A stretch of DNA of 64,000 nucleotides, from contig NW_002060944.1 in the NCBI RefSeq assembly GCF_000150275.1, positions 8,394,159-8,458,158 on the forward strand, read 5' to 3'. This document shows, piece by piece, positions 12,624-26,018 of this stretch. Both the position numbers and the translations under genes were made by a program. The stretch is from Trichoplax adhaerens (Eukaryota > Animalia > Placozoa). Each line of letters opens with the position of its first letter. The first letter of the stretch is position 1. The notes below the pieces were generated by a model that was given only the letters and a program-made list of their open reading frames with translations, had not been told where the DNA came from and made no database searches.

Positions 12624-15600
12624 TTATCGAGTATACATAGGAGAAAAATGATCAGGATCGTTGTATTGACTGCAACAAGTAGGCGAGACATTAACAGCTA
12701 AAATGATAGAGCAAATAGTAGAAAGACCAGCTAAAACACCAGCTACTACAATAATGGCATTATATGTGCCGCTAGCAGTAATGATACCTCCCATGATAAG
12801 GCAGACCACAGCTTGTGCTACATAAGCAAGACTTGTTAATGCAGCTATAAATAAATCGATTCGCCATTGAGGTATAAAAAAACTTTTACCACCTCCCAAT
12901 GTTTCTCTTTCGGAATTCTAAATATCGATGGGATACAATTATCGATATTAAATTTACTTATTTATAATAAAGTTATTTCAATACAGAATGTAGTAAGCTA
13001 ATTGGGTTAGAACTGAATGAAGGCAAAGTTACGGAAGTGAGAACTTGACTATTTCAACTTTATAATGTATTGTACAAGCTAACCCTAATCCAACCCTAAA
13101 TAAAGTTAAGAGCGTATTATGGAGGTAAACTTCGTCTATTTCAAATTTGTGATTTAATAGAGTAATAATTTAAAATCTAAAGGAAGCAACAGTATATATA
13201 CAATTATTTCACTACGATATATAAGTTGGTCTAAAATTAAATAAAGTAAACATGAAGGAGATCAAGAACTTGCCTACTTCAAGGTAATATCACAACATCA
13301 TTGATCATTATACTCGTCAACATTGAATAATTAAATCATCCTAGATATAATTTATGAAACTCTATTAATTCAAGATAAATCTTCTTTATAAGTTAATATA
13401 TTAATCAGGGATATGAAATGCGGTATGAGTACAACTTGTTAAATCAGATTATCTAGAATTTGACCATTAAATAAACATTGATAAATTGCCTAATTGTAAC
13501 TGTAAAAATTTGTTAATTTTTTGATTTTTCTGCAGAAATGACTATTGGCACTCAACAAATTATCTGATGTTTTTGGCTATTAGGTATATTTATGTGTAAA
13601 AAATTAGTTAAAAACTATATATAGAGTAGAAATTTCTAAAATTTCTACTAACTCTTCATCGATACTAGTGGAACGGTTGTGAAAATTGATGATATACATA
13701 CATAAATTATGGAAGCTGACGGCTAATACTACGCTAAGGCTGAGTTAGAACAAGAATTGAGAATTAAAAAGATTTACCTTAGCATTGACAGAGTTTTGAT
13801 AGCTTGAGACCAACATAAAGGGTAAAGAAATTAAAGCTGCCAAGTGTAATCCTGACAGTGCCGATAAAACTAAAACGGCGGAAGTATTGGCTACACTACC
13901 AATAATGGCCATAGCAACTGCAAATGTAAACTGGCTCAGAATGTAAACAATACGAATATCAATCAAATTAATGATGAATTTCATCAGGAAAGCCAATATA
14001 GAATATGAGATGAAATGTAACAGCAAGGCCCAACAACCCAATTGGATACCAGTTTTAAAATAGGTTTGATTAATGTTGAAATTAAAATTAATGTTGTGAT
14101 TATCAATATAGATAACTTGGCCAACATATTGAGTAAAAAATAATTGATAGCTAACAAACGCAGACCAACCAAAGAATTGAGTGATGCATAGTAATAGTAA
14201 TGGTTTAGGCATCGTCAAGAATGATTTTAGAATGAGAAAGAAAGTAATGGGCTGTGAATCATTTAAATCTTGGTCTGTAATTTCATCATAACTCTCTGCA
14301 TCATCATCCTCCTCTTCGTTATTATCTCGTCTTTCTGCGGAAGAATTACTTTCGCCTTGTTGATATTTTTCTTTCCGATTCGCTTGGTTTTCATCCGTTT
14401 CTAGCTGTTGATATGTATGATTATTGCTATAACCGTTTGAGCGGTTGCCTCCTTGCATATTAGTTAAGCCTCTTGAGGGACGAGTACTCGGCTCTCTCAT
14501 GCTGATTAAGGTTAATCCAGTACATATAACAAACATAATAATGGCAATATTGAAGACCACTTGAATTTGATCATCTAGTGTATATAGCCAGTCAATAGCT
14601 ATTCATCAAAAGGAATAAGAATGCATCAAAATGACTGTAAGTCATAATTTCATATCTGTGCAAGTTATTGCCTTAGATCGCTGTGCCTATACCATATACT
14701 TGTACTTCCTTTAATAGCTACAGTATTCATTGAAAGTAATAATATACTGTATTAAATAAGCAAAAATAGTGATAAATTGCTTAGATGTCTGCCAATATTA
14801 CTGCTTATAATTTGATATTCATACTGTATTTGATTCCTCTCAACTAACTATTCCTTGAAAGGAAATAAAACCATTAGGGATTTAGGGATTAAGTAGAAAG
14901 GTAAATGACAATTTTATATCTACAAATGTTACTAATAACGGTAGGTAATTCATCTTAATAGCTATGACATTTTATTGTGAGAAAGGACGATATGAAAAGG
15001 TTTAAAGTAGTGATAAATTGAATTTTATACTTCGAACGCATTTTATAGTTGACTTACCGCTTAACATATACGCCAAACAGCTGCCAAAGCCAGCAACGAC
15101 AGCAAAGAGATTAATTGCGAATTGTCTCTGAGTTGATGGAGTAACATCCAACATGTAGGATCGCGTTGCAATTTGACAGGTATCAGTTGAAAAATCAGTT
15201 AAAACAACGCCTAAAGCAGTAAAAACGATTCCCCATGGATGGTAGTGATCATTGTCAGTGTGAGCATGGCGACCAATCGATTCGCCGTTAGCAATAAAAA
15301 TAAGTCCAATAATTACACCAACAGCGAAAATTAATACAAATGGCCTTCGACGGCCCATTCGACTATGGCAACCATGACTTAAGATGGCCACTTTGGGTTG
15401 AAATATTAAGCATAAAATGGGACTAATTGACCAAATCATACTGGCAAAAGTCATGTTCATATTTAGTTTATAAAATATGGGGATAACATAAGCAGTAGCA
15501 ATGGCATACGAAAATTGGGTAGCATAAATGGTGCAACTGACAAGTAAGAGCTGCCATTTAGGTAGCAATTGATTGCCGTTTTCTTGATATTTCCTAATAT

Positions 15601-15733
15601 TACTACTACCACCAGTAGTTTTGCTTGCTTTATCAACATGGCTACTTGATTCTCCGTGATCATTGCTTTGACTAGATTTGATACTGCCTTGTTGCACTGG
15701 TTCACACTGTAAAGCATCTTCATCTCCGGCCAT
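12624..15733 (-). CDS. SLC45-family transporter, divergent paralog D (convergent with copies A-C)
   Basis: Exons 15733-15058, 14598-13778, 12917-12624. Motifs CHSRMGRRRPF, DFSTDTCQ..TRSYMLD, AIDW, MPKPL and FFTQYVGQVIY. Acidic central loop. Confidence 0.88.
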
Positions 15734-17099
15734 GATTATTTTTTTATTAATTAATCGTTAGGAGCTATAAAATCTGTTCACAATAGGGTATCAGATTTGG
15801 TATTTTACGATGCTGAGGTTAGATAGTTAATAATCTTTTAGCTTACCAACCTTTGCTAATACTCTAACAGAAATTATAAATTTGGAAATGAATGGCAGAC
15901 TATAATGAGCGCGATACTAACTTGTAGGCCTGAGATTGCAATTTTGGAAATGGACCTCAGACGATAGTAAGCGTTTTATGAGCGTGTAAACTTGAGTATT
16001 TTATGATACGAAGGTTGGATGATGAATAATGTTTTGGTTCATCAGCTTTGGTGACTATTCTTGCAGTAGTATTTGATAGTAGTGAGATTGGATAATGGAT
16101 AATTTTACTTGTTCAGTAGAGAGGTATGGATTCCGTCAACAGTCGGGCAATCAACGGATTCCTAGCAAATTAAGTATGCCAAAAAGAATTGAACTATCTT
16201 GAGTTTAAGTGCAGTAATTACTAAATTATAGCTTCGACAAGAACGTAAATAGATAATATTACTATTTTCAACTTTGTCAATAAAGTGTTTGGGACTAATT
16301 CCAATTAGAATCTAAAAATAAATATAAAATTTATTTTAGTCGATTAATCTTTCATTGTCAAGTTGTAGGGATTATTTTAGATGCTGGACTTCTTCACTGG
16401 TTAGTATACCCACATATAGAAGCGATCCTTAGCGCTGCTTCGAACTGGGATAGATCATCCTCGAAAATTTTCAAAGGCTTTCACAGAAAGTACGAGAGCA
16501 GATCAAAAACTCAAACAGACAAATGATCTAATTTTTTGACTTCATTTGCTAGACAAAAAATAGAAGTGGATCATTATTCATTCGAATTATTTCATTGATT
16601 CCAGTCATTAGACAGAAGGAATGAATGATTGGAGGTTCTTAAATATACTTTCTATTTCTACTTATCGGAATGCTTTCTATAACTGAGTTGAGATTTAATT
16701 CCGACGAATAAAACTCTTCAATTGGATAAAATCCAGGCCACTCTATTCTACTCTATTTTTGTCTTGACATTTTCACTTCTGTCAATCAAAAAGAACTCTT
16801 ATTGGGTTCGATTACAGGATTCATAATACTCATTTCATTGCCACTTTTATTATTCTTGATGAAAATTGAATAGGCTCAATTCTAATAGAGCAGAAGATGG
16901 TGCTAATTTTTTCTCTAATCACTGATCATTAGGCTGGAACCGGCGGGATATTCTAATGATCGATTCAAGGATTAGCTACTTTTAGTATCATCAAGCGGTG
17001 CATGTAGTTGTCTATTTTGATTCTACGCCGAGGAGATATTATTTTTTTATATCATCAATTGGTTGGATCCATTGGCAGTAGAAGTCGGAGAAACTCGAT

Positions 17100-17810
17100 T
17101 TTTAACATGATATTATTGTAGATCTTCTCTTTACTAGCTAATGGTTGAAATTGCAAGCAAAATAATTTGACTTCTGATATAGAATTATTGTAGGTTTGCT
17201 TCTTGCTAACTAATGGTCGAGATTGCAAGTAAAATAATTTTATTTTTAACGTAGAATTATTGTAGGTTCGCTCTTTGCTAACTAACGGTCGAAGCTACAA
17301 GCAAAAAATCTTGATTTCTAACACAAAATTATTATAGTTTCGCTCTTTACTAACTAATGGTCGAAACTGCAAGCAAAGCAACAGGATTTCTAACATAGAA
17401 TTATTGTGGCTACACTCTTTACTGACTAACTATCAAGACTGGAAGCAAAGTAACTTGGTTTCTAATATAGAACTATTGTAGGTCCGGACCTTACTAACTA
17501 ATGATCGAGATTAAAATTAGAGTAACTTGATTTCTAACATAGAATTATCGTAGATCCGCTTCTTACCAATTAATGATCATAGCTGGAAGCAAAGTAACTT
17601 GATTCTAACATGGAATTATCGTAGGTCCGCTTCTTACTAACTAATGATCGAAATTGAAAGAAGAGTAACGTGACTTCTAAGTGCTAACATAGAATTATCG
17701 TAGGTCAGCTCCATATTAACTAACGATTGAAACTGGAAGTAGAGTGAGTTTTGATTTCATTTATAAAATCGTTGTCAATTCGCTTTTTGCCAACGAACGA
17801 TCTAAACTGA
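17100..17810. repeat. Degenerate tandem array, 72-bp unit, about 10 copies
   Basis: The anchor TTATTGTAG-like word recurs at 17113, 17185, 17257, 17329, 17401, 17473, 17545, 17616, 17695 and ~17769. Confidence 0.9.
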
Positions 17811-18189
17811 TAGCAGAAAGCTGATTATTGAAGCGAGAGATTCAAAATGGCTCCAGTTTGAACTAGGAATAAACTAGAAATCTTAATTAGTATTGAGACT
17901 ATTTATTGCAAAGGTATTTTCCGGTAGGAAAATAAGTATTATTTGTAGTAAGATTGAACTTTGCCGTCAAAAAGTTGATCATCAGATAGAATGTAGAAAA
18001 GAGTAGATTCTCATATATCGAATTGGAATTTAAGATTGAATAATAGAAAGGCTAACGACGTAGAATATAGATCGCTATCGACCTTTTCTGTCAGGCTATT
18101 CTCGATGGTTTAGAAATAAGTCAAATATGGACTAGTACTAGGGAAATTGAGCACTATTTGGATCCAGATCAAAAAAGAAAAGCGTTTCC

Positions 18190-20130
18190 AAGTTGATTTT
18201 TATTTGAATTCTAACTGAAATAGTAAATTGATTCAGTGAGATTGCAGAGTCAGAAACGAATCAATTTTGAATCGATGTTAATTCGAATTCTAATGAAGGT
18301 GAGAAAGAGATTGAATGAGATTTCATAACCAAAAAATAAATCAATTTTGAGTCAATCTTCATTTGAATGTGAGTTGAAATACTAATTAGAATTCGAGCCA
18401 TTCCTCATTCAAATTCAGCTTATAGTACGAAAGCGATTCAAGAGGATCCACCACTAATATATGAATCTATTTTAGATCGAGTTTACTGGAGTTCTAATTG
18501 AAATACTAGGGTGAATTCGAGCTGATATTCATCTGAATTCTGATTAAAAAGCAAATATGATTCAAGATGATTCCACCGCCCATATACGAACTTATCTTAA
18601 GTCAATGTTAATTGACTTTCTGATTGAAATACTCCTGTAATTTCCCACCGGAATGCATTTAAATTGTAGTTGAAATAGAACAGTGGAATATTAAAAAACG
18701 ATCTCATTTAAAGCTATACTAATTCAAATTCTAATTGAAATATTAAAGTGATTCAATGGAATTGTACGGTCCAAAAACAAATCTGTTTTGAGTTAATGTT
18801 AGCCTAAATTCTAATGAAGATACTAAAGAGATTTAGAGCCGATGCTCATTGGAATTCTAATTGGAATAGGAAGACGATTTAAAGAAATTTCACTACTAAA
18901 GAAAATAATTAAAAGTTTCTAATCAATATTAATTTGAATTCTAATCGAGATGCTAAAGTGATTTCGAGCCAATATTCATTCCGGTAGAAATAGGAAAGTG
19001 ATTTTAAAGGGACGTCGCAATGAGTGAAATGATAAAATTTCGAATCGGTATTAATTTAAATTCTAATAGAAATACTATATGGTGATTTCGAGTCGATATT
19101 TATTTGAATTGCAGTTGAAATAGAAAAGTGATTTAAAGGGATTACGCTGTCAAAAAATGATCCGATTTTGTATCGATACCAATTCGAATTCTACTTGAAA
19201 TAGAAAAGTGATTTAATGGGATTACGTTGTCAAAAACCAGTCCTTTTCCAGTGAGCCTTACAAATTCTAATTGTGATTTCTAATAGAAATACTCCATTAA
19301 TTTCGAGCAGACATTCGTTTGAATTCCAATTGAAAAATGGAAGTGAGTACGCCGTCTAAAAATGATCCGATTTGGCATTGATACTAACTTGAATTCTATT
19401 TGAAATCCTAAAGTGATTCAATGGGATTCCACAGTCCAAAACGAGTTTATTTAGAGTCAATGTTAATATGAATTCTAGTTAAAAATACTCAAGTAATTTC
19501 GAGTAGACATTCATTTGGATTCTAGTTGAAAATGAAAGTGAATCCGTAGTCCAAAAATGATCCAATTTTGTATCAATACTTATTTGAGTTGAATTTTAAA
19601 TTCTACAGTAATTTAATGAAATTTTAACGTCAAAACGAATCCATTTGGGTCAATATTCATTCGGATTTTAATTGAAATAGTAACGTCATTTTGAGCCGAC
19701 ATTCACTGGATTGTAGTTGAAATGTAAAAATAATTCCGCTGTCCAAAAATGATTCGATTTTGTATCGATACTAGTTTGAATTCTATTTGATAATCCTAAA
19801 GTAATTTAATGGGATTCCAGTGTCAAAAACGAATCTGTTTGAGTCAATGTCAATCTAAATTCTAACTGAAATACTCAAGTAATTTCGAGCTGACATTCAT
19901 TAGAATTATAGTTTAAATATGAAAGTGATTCTGCTGCTTAAAAGTGATCTAATTTTGTATTAATATTAATTTGAATTCATTCCAAATCCTAAAGTAATTC
20001 AGTGGAATATCAACGTTAAAAATGAATCTATTTTCAGTCAATGCTTGCTTGAATATTCAAGCTGAAATACTAAAGTGATTGAATAGAATTCCACTGTCGA
20101 AAACGAATCTATTTGGAGTCGATCTTAATT
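18190..20130. repeat. Higher-order tandem array of related ~46/~70/~79-bp subunits sharing a TGAATTCTAATTGAAAT core
   Basis: The core recurs throughout. The TTTCGAG subunit anchor is spaced ~105-130 bp on the left and ~192-196 bp on the right (19301, 19497, 19689, 19884). Confidence 0.85.
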
Positions 20131-22054
20131 TGATTGAAAGTGTCCAATATGGTGAAGACTCTGATAAAAGGATTGTCCAATTTGTAACAATCTGATTAAG
20201 GAGATAGGAAGATAGAGTAGAAATTACTACACAAGGTAATAGAATCAATCAATGCTGATTCCTCATTTGAGAGAAAACTGGAATTATCATAGAGTTGTCC
20301 AGATAAGATATCCAATGAGGTTAGAATCATCTCGACTGGTGAATAGAAGTAAACTCTGTATATTCATCTAAAGTGGGAAAAGATATTTTATGATCCTTTG
20401 GCTTGAATGAGTCTAGAACTAACTGGAAATGTGATATCTCAACTCGAGAACGATAGCATGCAGTCCATGGATGGTGAAGAACTTCGCTAAATGATAAAGA
20501 TCACGCCTTGGCTACCTCAAAGAATTAACCTCGTGGACTTGATTATTACTAATTTATGTCTAATTCTAAAGTGTAATAGAATCCCATCCATGAGAACAGA
20601 ATTAAAATAGTAAAGTAGAGTGAAGAAATACTGACTAGTTTAGACGTGTTGAACTGGAGTTTAAACCCTCAAGGAATAAATTGGAATCCATCTTGTCCCT
20701 TTAAACAATTTACCGTTAATGGATAGATCAAAGTAACAATACTTTTCTAGTGCAGCAATCAAATACGAGACCATGAGAGTTATTTAAATTAATTATTATT
20801 CTTTTAATTAAATACTATCTGCCATTTGGGAAATGGATGGGCATGATATCGAATTTAATAGTTACAGGCATAGGGACAGCGATATTTTTGCCACTTTTTT
20901 TATTCAAGCTACGTGTACGGCGTAAGCCGAGGGCGAACTTTTTCCTCCATCCGTCGGTCAAGATTTTCATCTTTATTACAGTCTGAATTTGTCAACGTCA
21001 AAAATTGATGATATTAAAGTATTTGTCTTACCTTACGCGAGAAAAAATGGATCAAGAAAATACCAGCGAGAATGGAAGTAGATCGAATGGAACGATAGTT
21101 CGTAGAGGTAGTAGTTACTCCATTAAAAGGCCATTCTCGTTTTGCGACTAAGCCTGTAAGTGAAGAGATCGGCCTAAACTTATTACAATCTTCCTATCCT
21201 GATCAATGGATAAATCGATCTCAAGTGTAAGAATTCCACTCTTACTATGGGAGAGAAATGTATTAAACTAAGTTGTAGAATTTAATATGCTGTAGAAAAT
21301 GAACTTAGAATAGTATTCTCATTGTGCTATCCCCTTCTTGGTCGCTGAAGAAGACAATGGCGTCCTATCGTCGATATTCTAAAGGGCTAATATTCAATTC
21401 AATAGCCATTTTCTTGCACAAAAGGACAGAATGATTCTATTCAAGAACTCTGTAGAAAATGCACCTGCACACTGTGGCCTACATGATGTCGATAGTGTTT
21501 CTGTTGTTGTCAGAGGATAAAGCTAAAAGAAACAATCCAAGGATATCCACCATAGTAAAGAACACAAGCACAATCATCATCATTAATTTTTCATAAGCAG
21601 TCCCTATTTTAACCTACTCATCACTGCTGTAATGGCTGTTGGCTATAGCGTGCAACATGTCTTCCATCGACTCGATAGAGTATTAGCTGGTAGGAAATTA
21701 TCGACTGACTGTTTCTTTCTGTCGATAAGAGAGGCCAAAGAAAAGTCAATATTGATCTTAAATTGCAATAAGCCAACTTTATTATTCTTCATACTCGATA
21801 TCAATCAATCGCTTGGTAATAGATTATTATTATTTCAATAGTCAGAGAGGAAAGGATTAATTTTGTTTCTATTTTTGGCCTAGTAGAAGTGTAAATGGAT
21901 ATCTTTCAACATGTTTTTTAGTCCAGGGTAGAGAGAGAGAGAGTGAGTCAATTGGGGGAAAAAATGGCCATTTTCCTGAATCGAATCTGACGAAAACTAA
22001 CTCTTATGACTGTCATTTTCGAAGCCATTGCTATCACCTTCAATAGGAATTTCA

Positions 22055-22990
22055 ATAAGGGAAAGGGTGTCGAATAGCGCCATGATGATGGGTGGTCGAT
22101 GAAGGGTAGATATTTGGCATCGAGGATTCATATTTTAGACGATCCAAAGAATTATCTTGAAGATGATAATACAACATATTCAAGATGAATCTTACTAAGG
22201 AATAGGATGTTTATGAACACCGTGATAATCGAGGATCGAAGGACAGAGCTATTTGTGAACGCCAAGATGATCGGTTGTCAAGAAAAAGGATGTTTATTAA
22301 CACCACGACAATCGATTATCAAGGAAAGGGCTGTTTATGAACACTATGATAATGATGGGTTGTTAAGGAAAAGGATGTTCATCTACACCATGAAAGTCGA
22401 TTGCCTGGGAAAGGGACGTTTATCAACACCATGGTTGCCGATTAGGGTTATATCTTGATCGGCAAGGATAGACATTGGCATCAAGTATTCATTTTTAAAA
22501 GTGATATGAAGAATTAGCTTGAAGATAACAATAGAAACTGATAGTATCAAATAGGAATCTATCTAGGAAGGAGATATTCTCTAGCACTATTTTGCATGAA
22601 CACCATGATTGACGATTGTCATGGAAAGGGAGGTTAATGAACTCCATGACGGTATCAAGCTTGAATTTGTCAAGGAAGGGAATGTTCATTAGTACTATTT
22701 TGCATGAACACCATGATGGTCGATTGTCATGGAAAGGGATGTTAATGCGCTCCATAATAGTTGGTCAAGGTTGTAGACAGGATAGATACTGGCATGGCGT
22801 ATTCATTTTTAAAAGCGCTATGAAGAATCGCCTTGAAGATGTCCATACAAACTTACAGCATCAAACATGAATCTGTCAAGGAAGGGAATGTTCATTAGGA
22901 TCATTTTGCATGAACATCATGATGCACAATTGTTATGGAAAGAAACGTTAATAAACTATACGATAGTTGATTAAGGTTATAGCCTGATCA
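22055..22990. repeat. Nested degenerate repeat: ~42-bp unit (AAGGAAAGGATGTTTATGAACACCATGAT...GATTGTC) within larger duplications
   Basis: Consecutive units at ~22197-22450. The block ACTATTTTGCATGAACACCATGAT..CGATTGTCATGGAAAGGGA recurs at ~22586 and ~22694, with a more diverged copy at ~22902. Confidence 0.75.
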
Positions 22991-25299
22991 ATCAGGGATA
23001 GATATTGATATTGTATAAGATAATAGCTATTTGTTAGTCTTGTTCATTAGTTTGAATTGAACAAGATCGAGTATTCATTTTGAAGCGATATGTAGAATGC
23101 GAAAATGGTGATTTGATGGTCATACGAATAGAATCGAGAATGCTGTCAAAGATAGTGTATAGAAAATTGACCGCCATAATATTAATAGCGAACTGAAACA
23201 AGGCTATATAGAGGTATTTAAGGTAATAGTTATCCTATAAGGAAATAATTTAATATCTTGACATGCGGATCAATCAATCGGCCGCAATCTGTCAATGCAA
23301 TGGCAAAGGCAACCTCTAAAAATCTTGTTGAATAGGGTAATAAAGTACGATCCACCTGCATTCATTTTTCTGCCTAAAATAGCCAGAGCGCAGTGATGCC
23401 ATACCTCAAGTGATTCCCAGAGCGTATAAAGCTTTAACTCCGGTGTAAACTTAGCTGTATTAGAAATCATCGCTAGAATGAATTTAAAACTTTGAGATAA
23501 AGCAAGGCTTAAACGGAGTCAAAAAGCTATTATGGATGCTAAGATCGCTATACATAAGGAAATAATTTACAAGTCTTGACAATTGAGTAAAGGAATCGTC
23601 ATAAATCCGTTAATGCAATGGACTCATTTCAATATTTTCATTGCTTAAATGGATGCATTAGGATCGAAGTGGTAACCCTTGACAATCTTGTTGGATAACA
23701 TGGATGACCTAGTTACATTCATTTTCATGCTTTAAAGTAATAAGACCATGATGATGCTTTACTTCTATTTGCAACTTTAAATGAAAGCCAGGCCAGAACA
23801 GGGTAATAAGACTGCATAAAGGATATAGAGAAAAGATTGAAGATTACGACCACTTCTAAATCTGCTATCATGCATACTATTTATTCATTACGGAATTTTA
23901 TTTCCTGCCTTGTGATAATATGATGAAGATCGTAAAACCTGAAGCAAACTTCGAAAATTTCTCTGAAAGTATAATCTACTTGCATTCATTTCCATGCTTA
24001 TTGTAGAAAGCGGCTACGGAAACTTGACACATCGGGTGATTTAAAACTGATCGCTAAAAGCAGCGTTCATCCGAAGCAGAATATTGATATCCATTTCTTT
24101 TACTTATCATCATGATCTGCTGAGATTAGTATATCATCTAATTAGTTTATGGAAATGGTATTTCTAGAGATGGTGTACTTAACCTAGTCCGTTTCATCCA
24201 TCTCGACGACGGAGAAAGCAAAGTCATAATACTTGCGCAAAGATGGCGATAGTTGAGTTATTTCATCGGCAATCACTAGCAATGTGTCCGTAGTTTTATT
24301 TCTGTTGATAAAATTCCTAGAAGGAATTGAAGACACCTAATTTAGGTAATATTATATACCGACATCGTGTAAACAACAATAAGAATGATCTTGCTCATCC
24401 ATTTTTAATCATTACATTATTCTCTTCGAACTCCGATTGGTGTTTTGTGACGAAATATCGTGTACTGTATTTTGGAAAGAAGATAATTGCCTTTTCTATG
24501 CCTTGAAGGCTTCTATTACGGCTAAAAAAGTAAAAAGATGGATCTTGACGTTACTCATGTAGCAACAACAGCTTATCATAACATTATAGTAGTCCTGTTT
24601 CTTGTGGACGATAGATTTTAGATTCTGCAAGTCATGCATGTATCTTGCCTACCTATTTTAAATCATGATTCTATGATATAACTTACGTTATGGCTAAATA
24701 AGTAAGCATAGTGATGTTGACTTATGCATTCCATAATAGTTTACCAGTATTAGAATAGGATATCCTATTTTCGAATCATTGCATTATTCTTGTGTTTTTG
24801 CATGATATGACAACACTCTTTACGGTTAAACAGGTAAAAATATTAGTGTTGATTTATACATTCCAGAATGCCATTAAATTATTGTCAAGATATTTTCATA
24901 TTTCTTATGCACGTTGCGCTTTAGATTGTGCATGTAATGATTGTTGCTTACTCACTTTAAATCATCATATTAATCATGAATTTTTTCTACACTTTTCGAA
25001 CTTATATCGAGGTTAAATAAGTAAAGAATATAGATGTTGATTTATGTGCATTCCATAATAGTTTACTATAGTACTTGGATAGTAAGTTATTCTTGATGAT
25101 CTCTAGATTTTACATTCTGTATCTATTTATATCTATGACGGGTGGATTATTAACATAATCTTCCACCCGTGACTTTTTATGGCTAGTATATTAAATGTAC
25201 CGCAGTAAATGATATATAAGCGATGTGATTACCAAAGTTGGTCAAATTGTATATATCAACATGAAGGAAAATAAACAAATCTAGCACTTTAGACTAGAT

Positions 25300-25835
25300 G
25301 CTGGAAAAGCTAAATCGCTGCATTTTTTATTCTTAATTCCATTCCACAGCTGGAGAAATATAAAAAAACTCTGGTATTACTGATTTAGCATTAAATAGAT
25401 ATTTGAAAAGCTAAATTTCTTTATTTCTTATCCCAAATTCCTATCCATAGCCAAAGAAAGAGTAAAGAACACTAGTACTACTGAATCGATATTTGAAAAG
25501 CTGAATTTCCACATTTTTCATTCTGAATTCTAATCCATAGCAAGAGAAAAATAAAGAACGCAAGTACTACTAAATCGAAACTTGAAAAGCTCATTCTCTA
25601 CATTTTGATTCCCATCAATAGCAAAGGAAAAATAAAGAACGCTAGTACTAATGAATCAATATTTGAAAAGCTAAATTTCTTCATGTTTATTCCAAGTTTC
25701 AATCTGTAGCAAGAAGAAATAAAGGACGCTAGTACTACTGAATCGATACTTGAAAAGCTAAATTTCTTCACTTTTATTATAAAGTTTCAACCCGTAGCAA
25801 GAGGAAAATAAAGGACGCTAGCACTACTGAAAAGA
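25300..25835. repeat. Tandem array, ~77-101-bp unit, about 6 copies
   Basis: GAAAAG anchors (GAAAAGCT in all but the last) at 25304, 25405, 25495, 25584, 25665, 25752 and 25829, with shared AAAGAACGCTAGTACTACTGAATCG. Confidence 0.88.
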
Positions 25836-26018
25836 ATTTAAAATGTTCAATTCTATCCGTACTCATCCTTAATATCAGCTTCTAATAAGGTATTATCTGG
25901 TCTAGTTCTTCGATCAATACATTCATTGTAAAACACAACTCAAATTCAAGGAATAGATTAAACAAGATAGCTCTAAGTGCATTTATTTCTTATTGGATAA
26001 ACCGATTCAGTAGTCAAG

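Noticed and set aside
558-15723. Short antisense or alternative-frame ORFs over SLC45 exons (e.g. 558-758, 1402-1599, 4551-4751, 6648-6890, 9162-9362)
   Set aside because: Shadow ORFs. Their recurrence simply reflects duplication of the sense gene.
17100-17810. Functional LRR-coding exon or stop-codon reassignment (minus frame reads LQ*FYVRNQVTLLPVSII)
   Set aside because: Spacing does not fit LxxLxLxxN, the units checked carry stops even in the best frame, later units have indels, and neighbouring genes use TAA and TAG as normal stops.
25300-25835. Array of coding micro-exons for the MORN gene
   Set aside because: No GT donors, putative introns only ~40 nt, and unit lengths vary out of frame.
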